From Schmidtea polychroa (lineage: Eukaryota), in contig CM097885.1 of assembly GCA_044892525.1 (NCBI GenBank), forward strand, positions 49,354,001 through 49,418,000: DNA of 64,000 bases, in the 5' to 3' direction. This document shows, one piece after another, positions 24,350-37,859 of this stretch (positions are counted from its first letter, which is position 1; every line of letters begins with the position of its first letter). A program made the translations under genes and the position numbers. The notes below the pieces were generated by a model. That model was not told the origin of the DNA. It made no database searches and saw only the letters and a list, made by a program, of their open reading frames with translations.

Positions 24350-24450
24350 AGACTTATTTAAGTTTAACATCAACAGTTTATATGGCAAATCCATTCGGAA
24401 TCTGAAAAAACGGATGAATTTGAAGCTATGTAATTCAGCTGAAAAGAAAA
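24350..24450 (+). pseudogene. Fourth short pPolB relic (motif B)
   Basis: LFKFNINSLYGKSIRNLKKRMNLKLCNSAEK. Confidence 0.65.
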
Positions 24451-24606
24451 TTGTATATAAACCTCAAAATTTCATTTTAAATTATTTCTTTACTTAAATA
24501 TTTCGAAGACAGATAATAATAATAATAATATTAATGATAATAATAAATAAAAAAATTAATAATAATAAATAATAATAATGATAATAAATAATAATAATAA
24601 TTATTT

Positions 24607-24722
24607 TAAACAATAAAATGATAATTTAAGCCTTTTGTCAACAAGGACTATCTTATAGTCGAAAACTTTTTCATTAAATACATTATTCGCAGCAAAAGGC
24701 TGAAATTATCATTTTATTGTTT
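24607..24722. repeat. Fold-back copy of a Penelope terminal module
   Basis: ~30-bp arms AAACAATAAAATGATAATTTAAGCCTTTTG / CAAAAGGCTGAAATTATCATTTTATTGTTT; same module at 27390, 33396, 35340-35425 and 49953. Confidence 0.8.
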
Positions 24723-24937
24723 CAAATAATAAATGCTGCTACCAAGAAATCATCACTTAATAATAATTATAATAATTATCATTGTTATTTTTACCATATT
24801 CAATATGACAAATAATCAATAGCTATCGGATTTATTTATTTTTAAACCGATTGATGTGAAATGTGCATTATAAGAATATAAATATAAAATTTACATTTCA
24901 AATTTGATTTATTCGTGAATTTTCACTTATTTTAGGA

Positions 24938-25849
24938 ATGACAATTGGGAAAACAATATTTTATATATTTTTTGGATTTATTGTTTTTATTGGAATCATC
25001 TTAAATTTAATAATATTTGTTTGTCTAAAGATGAAACCCTTGCCATCTCGATATACAAACGTTGTTCTTCAAAATCAAGCTTTTATTGACTGTTTAGTTT
25101 GTTTTATTACATTTTTGTTTATCGTTCTTCCCGATCAGATTATTACTAAAAATATAATTTTTGATCTAATTTTCTGTCATGTTTGGAATGGTCAAGCAAT
25201 ATATTGGTGGATGGTATTATCGGGAGTTTTTAATCTCATTTTCACAGCATTCGATCGGTATTGGGCCATTGTAACACCATTAAGTTATGGGAAAAATTTG
25301 AAAAACAAAATTGCATTGACATTTGTGATCATTTACTTGGGAAGTGGAATTATTACTATTCCGGCAATTTTTCAAACATCACTGAAAAATGATTCGTGTA
25401 GATCAGAATATGCTTTTGAAGAGGATGGTGTTAAAGAATTTTATAAGGGGTTTTCAATAACCTGGTTCTTAGCCATTTATGGCATTCCAGCAACAATGAT
25501 GATTTATTTGTATTCAAGAATTGTAATCAATCTTAACAGAAATCTTAACGCAAAGAGAAAATATTCATTTAAAACTATTACTAAAGCTGCTATAATTATA
25601 ACTATAGTCTTTCTATTGACAATAGCATATGATGCTTTATACTATATGCTAGGATATTTCAATGTACTCTTCTATGAATTCGGGTCACCCCTTCAGCTTC
25701 TCGGTGTTTTCCTAACATCTTTCAACAGTTTTGTCAATCCAGTTATTTTGTTTATAATTGTGCGTAACATTCGTGTTCGATGTTGGAGATTATTGGGAAT
25801 TATCTTTCACAAATATCCTACAACTGCCGAATCAAGTGGATCATATTGA
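24938..25849 (+). CDS. Intronless rhodopsin-class orphan GPCR, 303 aa
   Basis: LQNQAFID, FCHVW, AFDRYWAI, ECL2 Cys, YGIP, NSFVNPVIL; clearly paralogous to the genes at 9458 and 62126. Confidence 0.92.
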   Translation: MTIGKTIFYIFFGFIVFIGIILNLIIFVCLKMKPLPSRYTNVVLQNQAFIDCLVCFITFLFIVLPDQIITKNIIFDLIFCHVWNGQAIYWWMVLSGVFNLIFTAFDRYWAIVTPLSYGKNLKNKIALTFVIIYLGSGIITIPAIFQTSLKNDSCRSEYAFEEDGVKEFYKGFSITWFLAIYGIPATMMIYLYSRIVINLNRNLNAKRKYSFKTITKAAIIITIVFLLTIAYDALYYMLGYFNVLFYEFGSPLQLLGVFLTSFNSFVNPVILFIIVRNIRVRCWRLLGIIFHKYPTTAESSGSY

Positions 25850-26827
25850 TGATTTTACTTGAATTTATTTTATTTTATATTATTGATTTGAGAAAATAAA
25901 TAGAAAAACTATTTAAATTAATTTTTTATAATTTCACAATAAATAATAAAACCAAATTTTTGTTCATAATATGATGAAAATATTAATTATAATCTGATAA
26001 ATAAGTTAAAATCATTTTATAAACAAGACATTTATTTATTCCATTTAAGAGAAAATGTTAAAATAATTTTTATTTGTTTTTATTATATTTTTAGAATTCA
26101 AATTTTTTAATAATAAGTATTTTAAAAATGTTGTATAGAACAGAATGAACAATCATTAAGAAAGACTAAATAATATATTTCTGGAACTCAAAAGTAGAGC
26201 AATATATTTTATGGTATTCTTCAAGATTTTCAATTATTTGTATTTAAAATAAAATAATTACACCAAAGTAGATAAATTACGAGCCGTATAACCACAAATA
26301 AAGGTTTCAGATAAAAATAATTTATGTATAGAAAAAACATACAAACCTAATTAAAATAAAGACAAAGATTACGAGCGACTGGCATAAATTAGGTGTATTT
26401 ACTATAGAAAAGCAGAAAAATAATTTTGATAAAAAATTAAAATATACACAACAACCCTATAATAACAATTACACGCAGAAGAATAACAATTTTGGGCACA
26501 ATAATTTATAAGTTATAAATTATAACAGGCATTTTAAATTATTAATATATGCAATTTGAGGATATTTCAAGTGTTTATCACATTCTTATTTTCCACAAGT
26601 AGGAAATGAGTAAAGTGCATCAAAGAGAAACAATGTAAATTAATAAATATTTAAGAACATTTCAATTTTAAACAATTTGAAAATGATAAGTAGGTAAATG
26701 TGAGGTCTCTGGCACAAAGTGTTCTTAAAATTATTTTAATTGAAAATATTTTACAGATTCTTTTTTCCCAAATCTTTTTAAATTAATTTTTTTTATAATT
26801 ATTATAAAATCAATTATTATTATTACT

Positions 26828-27245
26828 AGTAGATGGATGGGGCACCGCTAAAACAGGACTCCACTGGATCACATACCCCCCAGTCGAATTTTTTTTTAAA
26901 TAATTTTTTGAAGAACAAAACAATTTTTAAATTTAAATTGTTTCAATTATCGATAACATAATAATTTTATTTTGTTTAAATCGTTGATTACGTAATAATT
27001 TTCATTTTTGTTTCAATTATCGATTATATAATAATTTTTAAATTTTTAAATCGTTAATTACATCAATTAAATAATGTCTTTGTTCCACTGGTGACCTACC
27101 TTTGGTCATGCAACAAGTTAGTGTTCCCATCATCCGAGTTTTTAAAACGATAGCTCATTTTAAAGCCTAGTGCACGATCTATCTAATGATACATAAATAT
27201 TATTTTTATCATTATTATTGGGAAAGATATTAACGCCCGCGCGGA
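26828..27245. mobile_element. Diverged, truncated second copy of the AGTAG-ended mini-module of 6985-7371, in opposite orientation
   Basis: AGTAGATGGATGGGGCACCGC...CTGGATCACATACCCCC matches the reverse complement of 7318-7371; GTTCCCATCAT..CGATAGCTCATTTTAAAGC..GTGCA.GATCTATCTA matches the reverse complement of ~7060-7141. Confidence 0.8.
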
Positions 27246-27292
27246 AGATGTTATTTTCAAAATTATTATTATTATTTTCATGTTTTAACCAA

Positions 27293-27389
<97 letters not shown>

Positions 27390-28775
27390 TAAAACAATAA
27401 AATGATAATTTAAGCCTTTTGCTGCAAATAATGTATTTAATGAAAGAATTTTCAACTATAAGATAGTCCTTGTCAATCTCCTGGAATTTAGCAATGTTCT
27501 TCCCCAAAATACCTTTCAATCTTTCTTTTATTTCCTTTCTCTTAATTCTCATTGGTTGTAAATATAATGAATTGTTTTACTAAAAACTTTTAAAATTTTT
27601 ACATTTAAAATTTCAAAATGACACAAACTAAAAATTTTTAAATTTTTTACAGCTTCTATAATTAGCTTCTAGAAGCCTAATAAAATATTTCAAAATATTT
27701 TAAATAAAGCCTCCAATAACCACTTATATATGCTATTTAAATATTTCAATAAATGTGTCAATTTTGATTTTCAAACCCTATTTTTTAAAATTTATTTCCT
27801 ATATTAATCTAATTATTACTTTTTAGTTTATTCTATTTTTTTTATAATTTCTTTATATATTGTCATTTATTCTCAAGGTCAATGACAACATATCAAATTC
27901 ATGATTTCATTGATTTCTTCTTTAGTGTTGACCTTTAGTTGTCTGTTTATGATGAGAATTGCTTCTTTGAATCTGACATTTTTCTTTTGGATGTTTCCAT
28001 TAGCTATGATTTCTATTGACACTGCCGGAGATGTCTGCCCAACGAGGATGTTCCACCAGGATCTAGATGTTCTTTAACTCTTTGGTGCAAGGTCCTGAGG
28101 GTACTTCCAATGTAGATTTCATTGCATACATTGCACTTGATGCAATAGACGATGTTTTTTCTAAAGCACATATCTTTCGGTGTCTGGCAGTTTTTCATTG
28201 TGCAATTGTTTTCTCTATTTATGTTGCCTGCCAGAGCCCTTCTCAATGTCCAAGATTTATGTGCTATCCGAATTGGAAGACCGGTACGTTTAAGTTCTTT
28301 CAGGATCTTGAAGTCGAGTATGTCACTGATGAATGGGATATTCAGATAGAAATATTTCTGATTCTTTTGTGTTAATTCCCTAGATCTTCTTGGGGTAGAA
28401 TTCATTCTTTCAATGTCCTCACCTTGGTATCCGTTTCGCTGTAGGATTTTATTGAAATAAAGTTTGCGTTTTTTTCCGTGCATCGATTGGCTATTTTTCG
28501 TTTCTCGTTTCTTATGACATGTACTTTCTGTAAGTATGGAAGCGCTGATCTTTGGTGCATAAATATTTCTTTGCGAGCTGGTTTTCTGTAGAACCCGTAT
28601 ATTGGAGTATTTCCTTCTATTTTGATTCTCAAATCCAATAAATTGAGGGATCCATCTTCTTCCGGATATTCGATTTCGAACGTAATATCTTGATGAGCCA
28701 CATTGAATGTATGAAATATATCCTCCGCTTCTTTTCTGTTTTTGGTCGTGATGAAGATATCATCTACATATCTTG
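27390..28775 (-). mobile_element. Penelope-like retroelement family 1, 5'-truncated (RT C-terminus + GIY-YIG + terminal repeat)
   Basis: RYVDDIF, ITFEIEYPEEDGSLNLLDL, FYRKP, NIVYCIKCNVCNEIYIGSTLRTLHQRVKEH; ends at an (ATT)n tract. Confidence 0.9.
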
Positions 28776-28842
28776 GTCCTCAGTATGGTCCTCAGTGTCT
28801 GCCGTTCGAGGTTATCCATAAAAATGATTGCTAGCAGTTATT

Positions 28843-29065
<223 letters not shown>

Positions 29066-29091
29066 AGATAACGCCAATCAAACATTTTTTT

Positions 29092-29130
29092 CACGATTAA
29101 TTTCGACAGTTTTCCTGTCATTATCAGGTG
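29092..29130 (-). ncRNA. Minimal type I hammerhead ribozyme copy with core mutation (CUGAUAA)
   Basis: Reverse complement CAC-CTGATAA-T-GACAG-GAAAA-CTGTC-GAAA-TTAATC-GTG. Confidence 0.7.
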
Positions 29131-31908
29131 GGATATAATACTCATTAAATAAAGGATTTTAAACAAATTTAATTATATATAAAAATTTTTTATTTTATAA
29201 AAATATTATTTTTTAAAAACTTTAACATTTAAAATTTAATTTAATAATTTAAAAATTTTAAATTTTTTTATCAATTATTTAATTTAACACAACAATCAAT
29301 ACATACAATACACAAAAGCTTATTTAAAAACACTCAACACACAAGTATTTACAGCATTCTGCACATTAATTTTCGGATTCAATGATTTTATCAACAACGC
29401 CTCACAAATCACACGTTCCCAATAATTATCGAAGTTTTTTAATAAAATTTTAAAATCAGACATACCTATTTTAATCTTACAGCCCTTATTGTGCTCAGCA
29501 ATATGGGTCAAAGACTTCGGTCTACAATGTTCTCGAGCTCGAATACAGAGATGACGGGAAGTCTCTCCAATGTATGTGGCATTACACCCATTACATGTAA
29601 ACTGATAAACGAGATCGGAACACAATTCAACCGGAGTCTTTGACTTATTAATAAACATATTGCGTACTTTCCATGAAGTTGACACTATCCTATAGTTTAA
29701 ATTCCCTAACTGCTTTCTTATCTTCACTTTATAATCCTTAAAACCTTCTGAGTACGGCAATACTAACACAAATTTAGGCTCATCATCCTTGCTCACACTA
29801 TTTAATTTATTTAACTCATCAGACTCACACACCTCAACAAAATCACACCCAGATTTTAACTCATCAGACTCACACATCTCAACAAGATCACACCCAAATT
29901 TTCTCAAACATGGATCCTTAGGATTTTTAATAAATTTGTCAACAGTCTCTTTCACCATAATTACTAAAAAGGATTTTGAATAACCATTCTTCATCAACAG
30001 TTCAACCAACACGTCAACACTCTTTACCAAATTTTTAAAAGTAGAAGACAAAGACCATGCACGATAAATCAACCCCTTCACCATATTTCTTTTATACTTG
30101 AATTCACAAAAACTTTCGGAAGAAGTATAGAGACCAGTATCAGTTGGTTTTCTATAAATCTCTGTCTCGTAGTGTTTCTCTTTGCGTTGTATTAACAAAT
30201 CCAAGAAAGCAAGCGATGATTTTTTCTCCGTTTCACATGTGAATACAATGTTTTTATGTAGACTATACATTTAATGCAAAAACGGGTCAACATGCCTCTT
30301 ATTTTCAAATATAAGAAATATATCATCCACATACCGTTTATAAACAGTGGGTTTCATACCTTGGAAAGATGCAATTTTCTTTTCTAAGCTTGTTAAAAAA
30401 ATTGAAGCCATCGTTGGTGCTAAAGGAGAACCCATAGCAACCCCATCTATTTGTTGATACCATTCATTATTGAAAAGAAAATTGATTTTTGAAGTTGCAA
30501 ATACAAGAAGTTCACGAAATGCTGTTCTATCCAAAATATGATGTTCAGAAATATTTTCATTCCATAACAAGCAACATAATTCAATTGTTTCAACCAATAG
30601 TACATTAGTAAACAGACTACAAACATCAAACGAAACCATAATTTCATCCATACTTTGTCTATCATATTGTGCAATGCAGGAAACAAATTCAAAACTATCT
30701 TTACATTCAAATTCTGATCGTATCAATGGTTTCAATAATCCATCCAAAAATTTGGCTATTTTATACTGGGCAGTGCCAATCATGGATAAAACAGGTCTCA
30801 TAGGCACGCCATCTTTATGGATTTTTGGAAGCCCATATATTTTTGCTGGTTGTGATCCCATTGGGCGAATGGACTTAAACCCAACTGAAAACCAACTGAT
30901 ACTGGTCTCTATACTTCTTCCGAAAGTTTTTGTGAATTCAAGTATAAAAGAAATATGGTGAAGGGGTTGATTTATCGTGCATGGTCTTTGTCTTCTACTT
31001 TTAAAAATTCGGTAAAGAGTGTTGACGTGTTGGTTGAACTGTAAATGAAGAATGGTTATTCAAAATCCTTTTTAGTAATTATGGTGAAAGAGACTGTTGA
31101 CAAATTTATTAAAAATCCTAAGGATCCATGTTTGAGAAAATTTGGGTGTGATCTTGTTGAGATGTGTGAGTCTGATGAGTTAAAATCTGGGTGTGATTTT
31201 GTTGAGGTGTGTGAGTCTGATGAGTTAAATAAATTAAATAGTGTGAGCAAGGATGATGAGCCTAAATTTGTGTTAGTATTGCCGTACTCAGAAGGTTTTA
31301 AGGATTATAAAGTGAAGATAAGAAAGCAGTTAGGGAATTTAAACTATAGGATAGTGTCAACTTCATGGAAAGTACGCAATATGTTTATTAATAAGTCAAA
31401 GACTCCGGTTGAATTGTGTTCCGATCTCGTTTATCAGTTTACATGTAATGGGTGTAATGCCACATACATTGGAGAGACTTCCCGTCATCTCTGTATTCGA
31501 GCTCGAGAACATTGTAAACCGAAGTCTTTGACCCATATTGGTGAGCACAATAAGGGCTGTAAGATTAAAATAGGTATGTCTGATTTTAAAATTTTATTAA
31601 AAAACTTCGATAATTATTGGGAACGTGTGATTTGTGAGGCGTTGTTGATAAAATCATTGAATCCGAAAATTAATGTGCAGAATGCTGTAAATACTTGTGT
31701 GTTGAGTGTTTTTAAATAAGCTTTTGTGTATTGTATGTATTGATTGTTGTGTTAAATTAAATAAGTGATAAAAAAATTTTAAATTTTTAAATTATTAAAT
31801 TAAATTTTAAATGTTAAAGTTTTTAAAAAATAATATTTTTATAAAATAAAAAATTTTTATATATAATTAAATTTGTTTAAAATCCTTTATTTAATGAGTA
31901 TTATATCC

Positions 31909-31947
31909 CACCTGATGATGACAGGAAAACTGTCGAAATTAATCGTG
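31909..31947 (+). ncRNA. Minimal type I hammerhead ribozyme with intact core, in the Penelope terminal repeat
   Basis: CAC-CTGATGA-T-GACAG-GAAAA-CTGTC-GAAA-TTAATC|GTG: core boxes, 5-bp stem II, palindromic ATTAAT stem III, AUC cleavage triplet. Confidence 0.85.
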
Positions 31948-32002
31948 AAAAAAATGTTTGATTGGCGTTATCTTATAATTAAATCATTGCCATGTATGTT
32001 TA

Positions 32003-32092
<90 letters not shown>

Positions 32093-32289
32093 ATTATTAT
32101 TATTATATAGTCCGAGTTTATCCGACAAAATATTTTGATCCCCTATGGGTAATGATCGCAAGGGTACTGCTCACACTCACAAATTAACAAGGGTACTGTT
32201 TACAATGATATTATTAAACAAATCAATTAAACATACATTTATTTAAACAATAAAATAATTTTAAATTAACAGGTCCTGACCAAAATGTG

Positions 32290-32603
32290 TATTATTATTA
32301 TTATTATGATTATTATAATCAAGTTATTATTATTATTATTATTATTTGCAAATATTCATAAAACTTAATTTCTACGTCAATTTCATGATTTTCAACATTT
32401 TCATCATTTGCATGAATATTTTAATAATTTTCAATATTTTCATAATTTCCAACTTTATCAACATTTTCATTATTATTTCAGGAAAATTTTCATGAAATAT
32501 TTTTCAAAGTAATATTTTCAACGAATTATTTCCAAAGAGTTTTTCAAAGTTCTTCTTCTTCTTCTTCTACTTCTTCTTCTACTTCTTCTTCTACTTCTTC
32601 TTC

Positions 32604-32635
<32 letters not shown>

Positions 32636-32647
32636 CTTCTTCTTCTT

Positions 32648-32678
<31 letters not shown>

Positions 32679-32979
32679 TTATTATTATTATTATTTTTTT
32701 TTTTATTATTTTTATTATTATTTGCAAAGTTCAAATTATTATTTTATTTTAGAAGTTTTATTATTATTATTAACTTAAATATTCATTAAACTTAATTTCT
32801 ACGTCAATTACATGATTTTCAACATTTTCATCATTTGCATGATTATTTTAATAATTTTCTAAATTTTCAATATTTTCACGATTTTCAACATTTTCATGAT
32901 TATTTCAGGAACTTTTATCAAATATTTTTCAAAGTATTATTTTCAAAGTATTTATCAATATTACTATTATTATTATTAC

Positions 32980-33010
<31 letters not shown>

Positions 33011-33286
33011 TCCGAAGTTCTTATTATTTTATTTTCGATTTTTTTATTATTATTTACTTAAATATTCATAAAACTTAATTTCTGCATCAATTTACGATTT
33101 TCAATATTTGATGATTATTTTCAGGAACATTTTCATAATTTTCAACGTTTATATCATTTCCAACATTTACATCATTTTCTATATTTTCATGATTATTTCC
33201 TTCAAAATTCTTATTTCATTTATAAAATATTACTATTATCATTTTCAAAATTATTTTCAAATTTCTTATTATTTATTTTCAAAGTA

Positions 33287-33332
<46 letters not shown>

Positions 33333-33345
33333 TATATTATTATCA
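32290..33345. repeat. Degenerate tandem repeat (3 units) interleaved with (ATT)n and (CTT)n tracts
   Basis: AAATATTCATAAAACTTAATTTCTACGTCAAT recurs at ~32349, 32778 and 33060. Confidence 0.75.
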
Positions 33346-33395
33346 TAACTATTATTAAAGTGATGATTACATGGTAGCAGTATTATAAATTTAAA

Positions 33396-35425
33396 AACAA
33401 TTAAATGATAATTTAAGCCTTTTATATTTAATATATTTAATACAAATGAAAAAACTTTCGATTATAAGACAGGCCTTTTCAATTTCATGAAGTTTAGCTT
33501 CTTCTATTATCTAAAATGCTCTTTGATCTTCTCCTTTATTTCCTTTTTCTTACTTCTCATTGGTCAAAAATAATAATAATAAACATTTTTCCTGAAGATT
33601 TTAAAATTCTAAAAAAAAATAAAATAAACTTTTTTTAATTAAATATCCTTTAAAATTCAAAACGACTCATTAAGAAAAAATTGCATATCAAATCAAATGG
33701 AACAATACAATACCTCAAGAAAATAATCAAGAAAGGCTCTCAGCATAAACAAACACAGACAAAATCTAACAATCAAATCCTGATGCAGAATTAGATTCGA
33801 CACTTTCAAACGTTTGTCTAAAAATCATGGAAAGATAGTTGAGAAAGAAAAAAGAAAACCATATCTCTCAAACCTATAGAAAGATGAACCAACCATATTA
33901 AAATCCCATAAAATGAAACCACGCGCTTACTTACCAAATGACAAAACGGTAGAATTTTGCGTAATAGAAAAAAAACTTTACTGCGAAGCTGCTTACGAAC
34001 ACCTCGGCAACATTGACACATACAAGAAAATTACCCGCATGTCACCAAACACCATCGAAATGAAGATCATCAAAGTATGGAAAGCCATTGCTGTGAAAAT
34101 GAACCTCACTAACAGATTGACCAAAAGCTTTGTTACAAAGAATTCCGATCTTCCCAAATTCTACCATCTAATAAAAACTCATAAAGAGAATCCTGCTATC
34201 AAAATTAGACCGATTGCATCCAATACAAATGGACCAACAACGAAAACAAGTTGGCTCTTGTCAAAGATCTTAAAACCATTATTGGACACTGTACCACATC
34301 ACCTGCAGAGCAGCGGCTATCTCATGACAAGATTAAATAAAAACAAAACTACTCACCATCGTTTTCTACTCAAAATATGTAGATGATATCTTTATAACGA
34401 CCAAGAGCAGAAAAGAAGCGGAGGAAATAGTTCATACATTCAATGCGGTTTACCGAGATATCAAGTTCGAGATCGAATATCCGGAAGAAGATGGATCCCT
34501 CAATCTACTGGATTTAAAAATTAAAATAGAAGTAGATACTTCAACATACGGGTTCTCCAAAAAACCAGCTTGCAAAGAAATATTTATGCACCAAAGATCA
34601 GTGCTTCCAAAGATATGTGCTTTCAAAAAAACATTGTCTATTGCATCATGTGCAATGTATGCAAGGAAATATAAATTGGAAGTACTCTCAGAACCTTGCG
34701 CCAAAGAGTTAATTAACATCTAGATCCTGCTGGAAAATCCTCGGTATACAGATATCTCCAACAATGTCAACCATGGAAGGAAAAATATATTTCAATCAAA
34801 ATCTTAGCCAATGGAAACATCAAAAAATTTCACATTTAAGGAACCAATTCTCATAATAAACAGACGGCCAACAATCAAAACTGAAGAAGAGATCAATGAA
34901 ATCTTCAATTTGATTTGTAATTTTGACCTTCAGAATAGCTTTTAAAAATTAAATTAAAAATTAAAAAATAATAAAGAAAAATAGATAAAATATAATTTTA
35001 TAAGATTATTAGGATTTAAAAATCAAAATAGTAACATTTTGTAAAATATTTAAATTGCATTTATTAGAAACTATATCTTATAAATATTTTAAGATATTAT
35101 TTATTAAAATAGGTTTCTATGAGTTAATTATAGAAGCTTTAAAAATTTAAAATTTTTTCTTAATGAGTAGTTTTGAATTTTAAAGGATATTTAATTAAAA
35201 ATATTTTTAGAATTTTAAATTTTTCAGTAAAAAAAGTTTATTATTATTTTTGACCAATGAGAAGCAAGAAAAAGGAAGTAACGGAGAAGATCAAAGTGCA
35301 TTTTAGAAAATAGAAAAAGCTAAACTCCATGAAATTGAAAAGGACTATCTTATAATCGAAAATTTTTTCATTTGTATTAAATATATTATTCGCAGCAAAA
35401 GGCTTAAATTATCATTTTATTGCTT
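33396..35425 (+). mobile_element. Degraded Penelope family 1 element with inverted terminal repeat (33396-33670 versus 35160-35425)
   Basis: LPKFYHLIKTHK..IRPIASN, YVDDIF, FEIEYPEEDGSLNLLDL, NIVYCIMCNVCKEI*IGST; internal deletions. Confidence 0.85.
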
Positions 35426-36101
35426 TTATTATTATTTTTATAATTACAGTTATGATGATTATTATTATTATTAATGTTATTATTATTATTGTTATACAAT
35501 ATCCAGTCAGATTCATACATTATTTATATAAATAATGAGTTCTTATCAATAATTTTTATTAAAATGAACCAAAGCAATTTTATTATAAGTTTACTCAGTG
35601 GAGTGTTTCCAAATGAAGAAGAAAATCAAATAATTACAAGTTTGATTTTTATTATATTTTAAAACAGAAATTAATTAGATCAAAGGGGCACCATTTGAAA
35701 CTGGTACTTTTTTCACTTTTCGAATCAGGCCTAAACTGGTCACGCGTCATAGTGGATTTCATTCTTTAGGTCTTAATCTTTCTATGAGAATTATTTCAAA
35801 TAGTTATTCGAAGTAATTGATTTAATAATTATTTATAAAATATTAATTATTATTTTTAGATTATTCAGAATAAAATATCCACGTGGGTTCATCAAAATGG
35901 GAATAGGAAGACGTTAAGAGAGACCGAAATATATGACTTTGTTAAACATGCATTTATACTGCACTGATTTTACTGAAAGAAACAAAGACCCTGAGTTTTA
36001 ATATACCTATGGTATTTATTAAATATCCATTTTTTCTATCAAATATGCATAAATTAAATATAATTTTGCTAAATGTTACTGAATGTCAAATAAAATAGTT
36101 A

Positions 36102-37184
36102 TGTTGAGATCCGTAAATTAAAATAAATTGAATTAATAATTTAAATAAAAAGTAAGTGAAGAAAAAAGACAAATAAAAGCGGGATCATGCACAGAATCGA
36201 TAGTAAAGGAAAGGGTGATGGAAGCGGTATTAGAAAATGCGAAAAGCAATTGCGAAAGACAAGAATCCGGAAATCCGAGAAAAATCAATAAATTGTAAAA
36301 TCATCGAAATCGAATTTGAAAAACGGGACAGGTATAGATTAGCTAATGGTCAACAAGATGATGGTTAGGGATTTATCAGAAAATGGTTAGGAAGGGTCGA
36401 AAAGCATTCAAATGTGTAAAAACAGAAAACGTTAATTAATTAATTAATTGGCTAATAGAAAACCCGAGGTAATGGGAAACCCGAGCCAATGGAGAACCCG
36501 AGAGATGAAGGAAACCCGAGCTGGATAAACAAGAAGAAAATTAATTGGAAAAGAGATTAATTGAGATATTAATTGATATTAATTGATATTAATTGAGAGA
36601 TTAATTGAGAAAAGAGATTAATTGGAAAAAAGCAAGGAGAAGATATTGCGTGTAGAAAGGCCGGACGGGCCATTAATTATCGGGATTCGTTGGACCATTA
36701 TGGGTGACAGCCGAAGCAGATACGTGGAAGCAAATGTCAAGTGAAAGATTGGCTCAGCAATAACCATTTGTCATCCCGATTTCGAGGAGTATATAAGGAA
36801 AGGGAAAATCAGACCAAATCGGCATTTTGCCTCAGCTAGGGTTAGAAGAAACCGAGTTAAGGATAGGTAAAACGAATTAAGGAGATTAGGGAAAAGAAGA
36901 CACAGAATAAGAATACGGAAAGGTGAAAAAGAATCAAATCAAACAGAAAAAGAGGAAAACGTGGGTCAAGAGAATCTAAAGAAATAAAAGGTGAATATTA
37001 TCTATTTACAAAGCATCAACGCCGAGCGGAGAATCGGTCAAACGTAACTTTGATTATTAATTGTAAAGTGGTGAGAAAAGGTTGTGAATTTTGTTATTTC
37101 AATATACGTTGGGTCGTTATTGTTTTGATTTAAAGGACAAGAGGAGTCAGAGGGAACCGACTTAAATTAACCAAAAACCCAACA
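36102..37184 (+). mobile_element. Solo LTR (1083 bp), TSD GTTA
   Basis: TGTTG...CAACA termini; GTTA at 36098-36101 and 37185-37188; TATATAA at ~36790; internal short repeats. Confidence 0.88.
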
Positions 37185-37859
37185 GTTATGTGCTATTTCT
37201 AGGGAAAACATGGCTAGATAAATTCTGAGAAGTAAAAAAATTTCATAACACGTAACCCACTACCTATCTACAGCACGTATAATTATGTAATTACTAATAA
37301 ACCTATAAGTATAATCGTTTTTTAAATTGTTTAGCGCCTTTTGATGACAGTCGAGCTGTCGAAATATATTGCACAAATATTTTTTAAAATGGTGTTTTCT
37401 TATTCATATGAATAAATTACTATTTTTATTTAATTTTTTGATTGTTAATAATTTTTTTAATAGAATTGCTCTTTATTTTTATTTTGGATTTGACATGCTT
37501 TGCATTTGAATCATTGCACATTCTAACCCCACAATAATCAAGATATATTCATTCTAATGTCATCTCATTATTATTTATATCTGAAATTTAAAATACTTGG
37601 ACTCAAATTAAACTTTTAAGTCAAAAACACTATTATGTTGCTTCATTAGAATTTTGATATATTAACGTAAAGTTGAGATTAATTATATATCGAAATTTGA
37701 ATTACAAAATATAATTGTTTTGTCGAATAAAAAATTATCATATATAAAGTAGTATTTTTCAATATAATTATATTTAAAATATTTTACTTAATTATTTTTA
37801 ATCAAATATTTTCTCTTTTTACTGTATGATAAGCTGATCATCAGTGATAAATAAAAAAA

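Noticed and set aside
37335..37372. Possible hammerhead (TTGAT-GACAG-TCGAG-CTGTC-GAAA-TATATT)
   Set aside because: Stem II and GAAA are present but the CUGAUGA box is incomplete; at best a dead relic.
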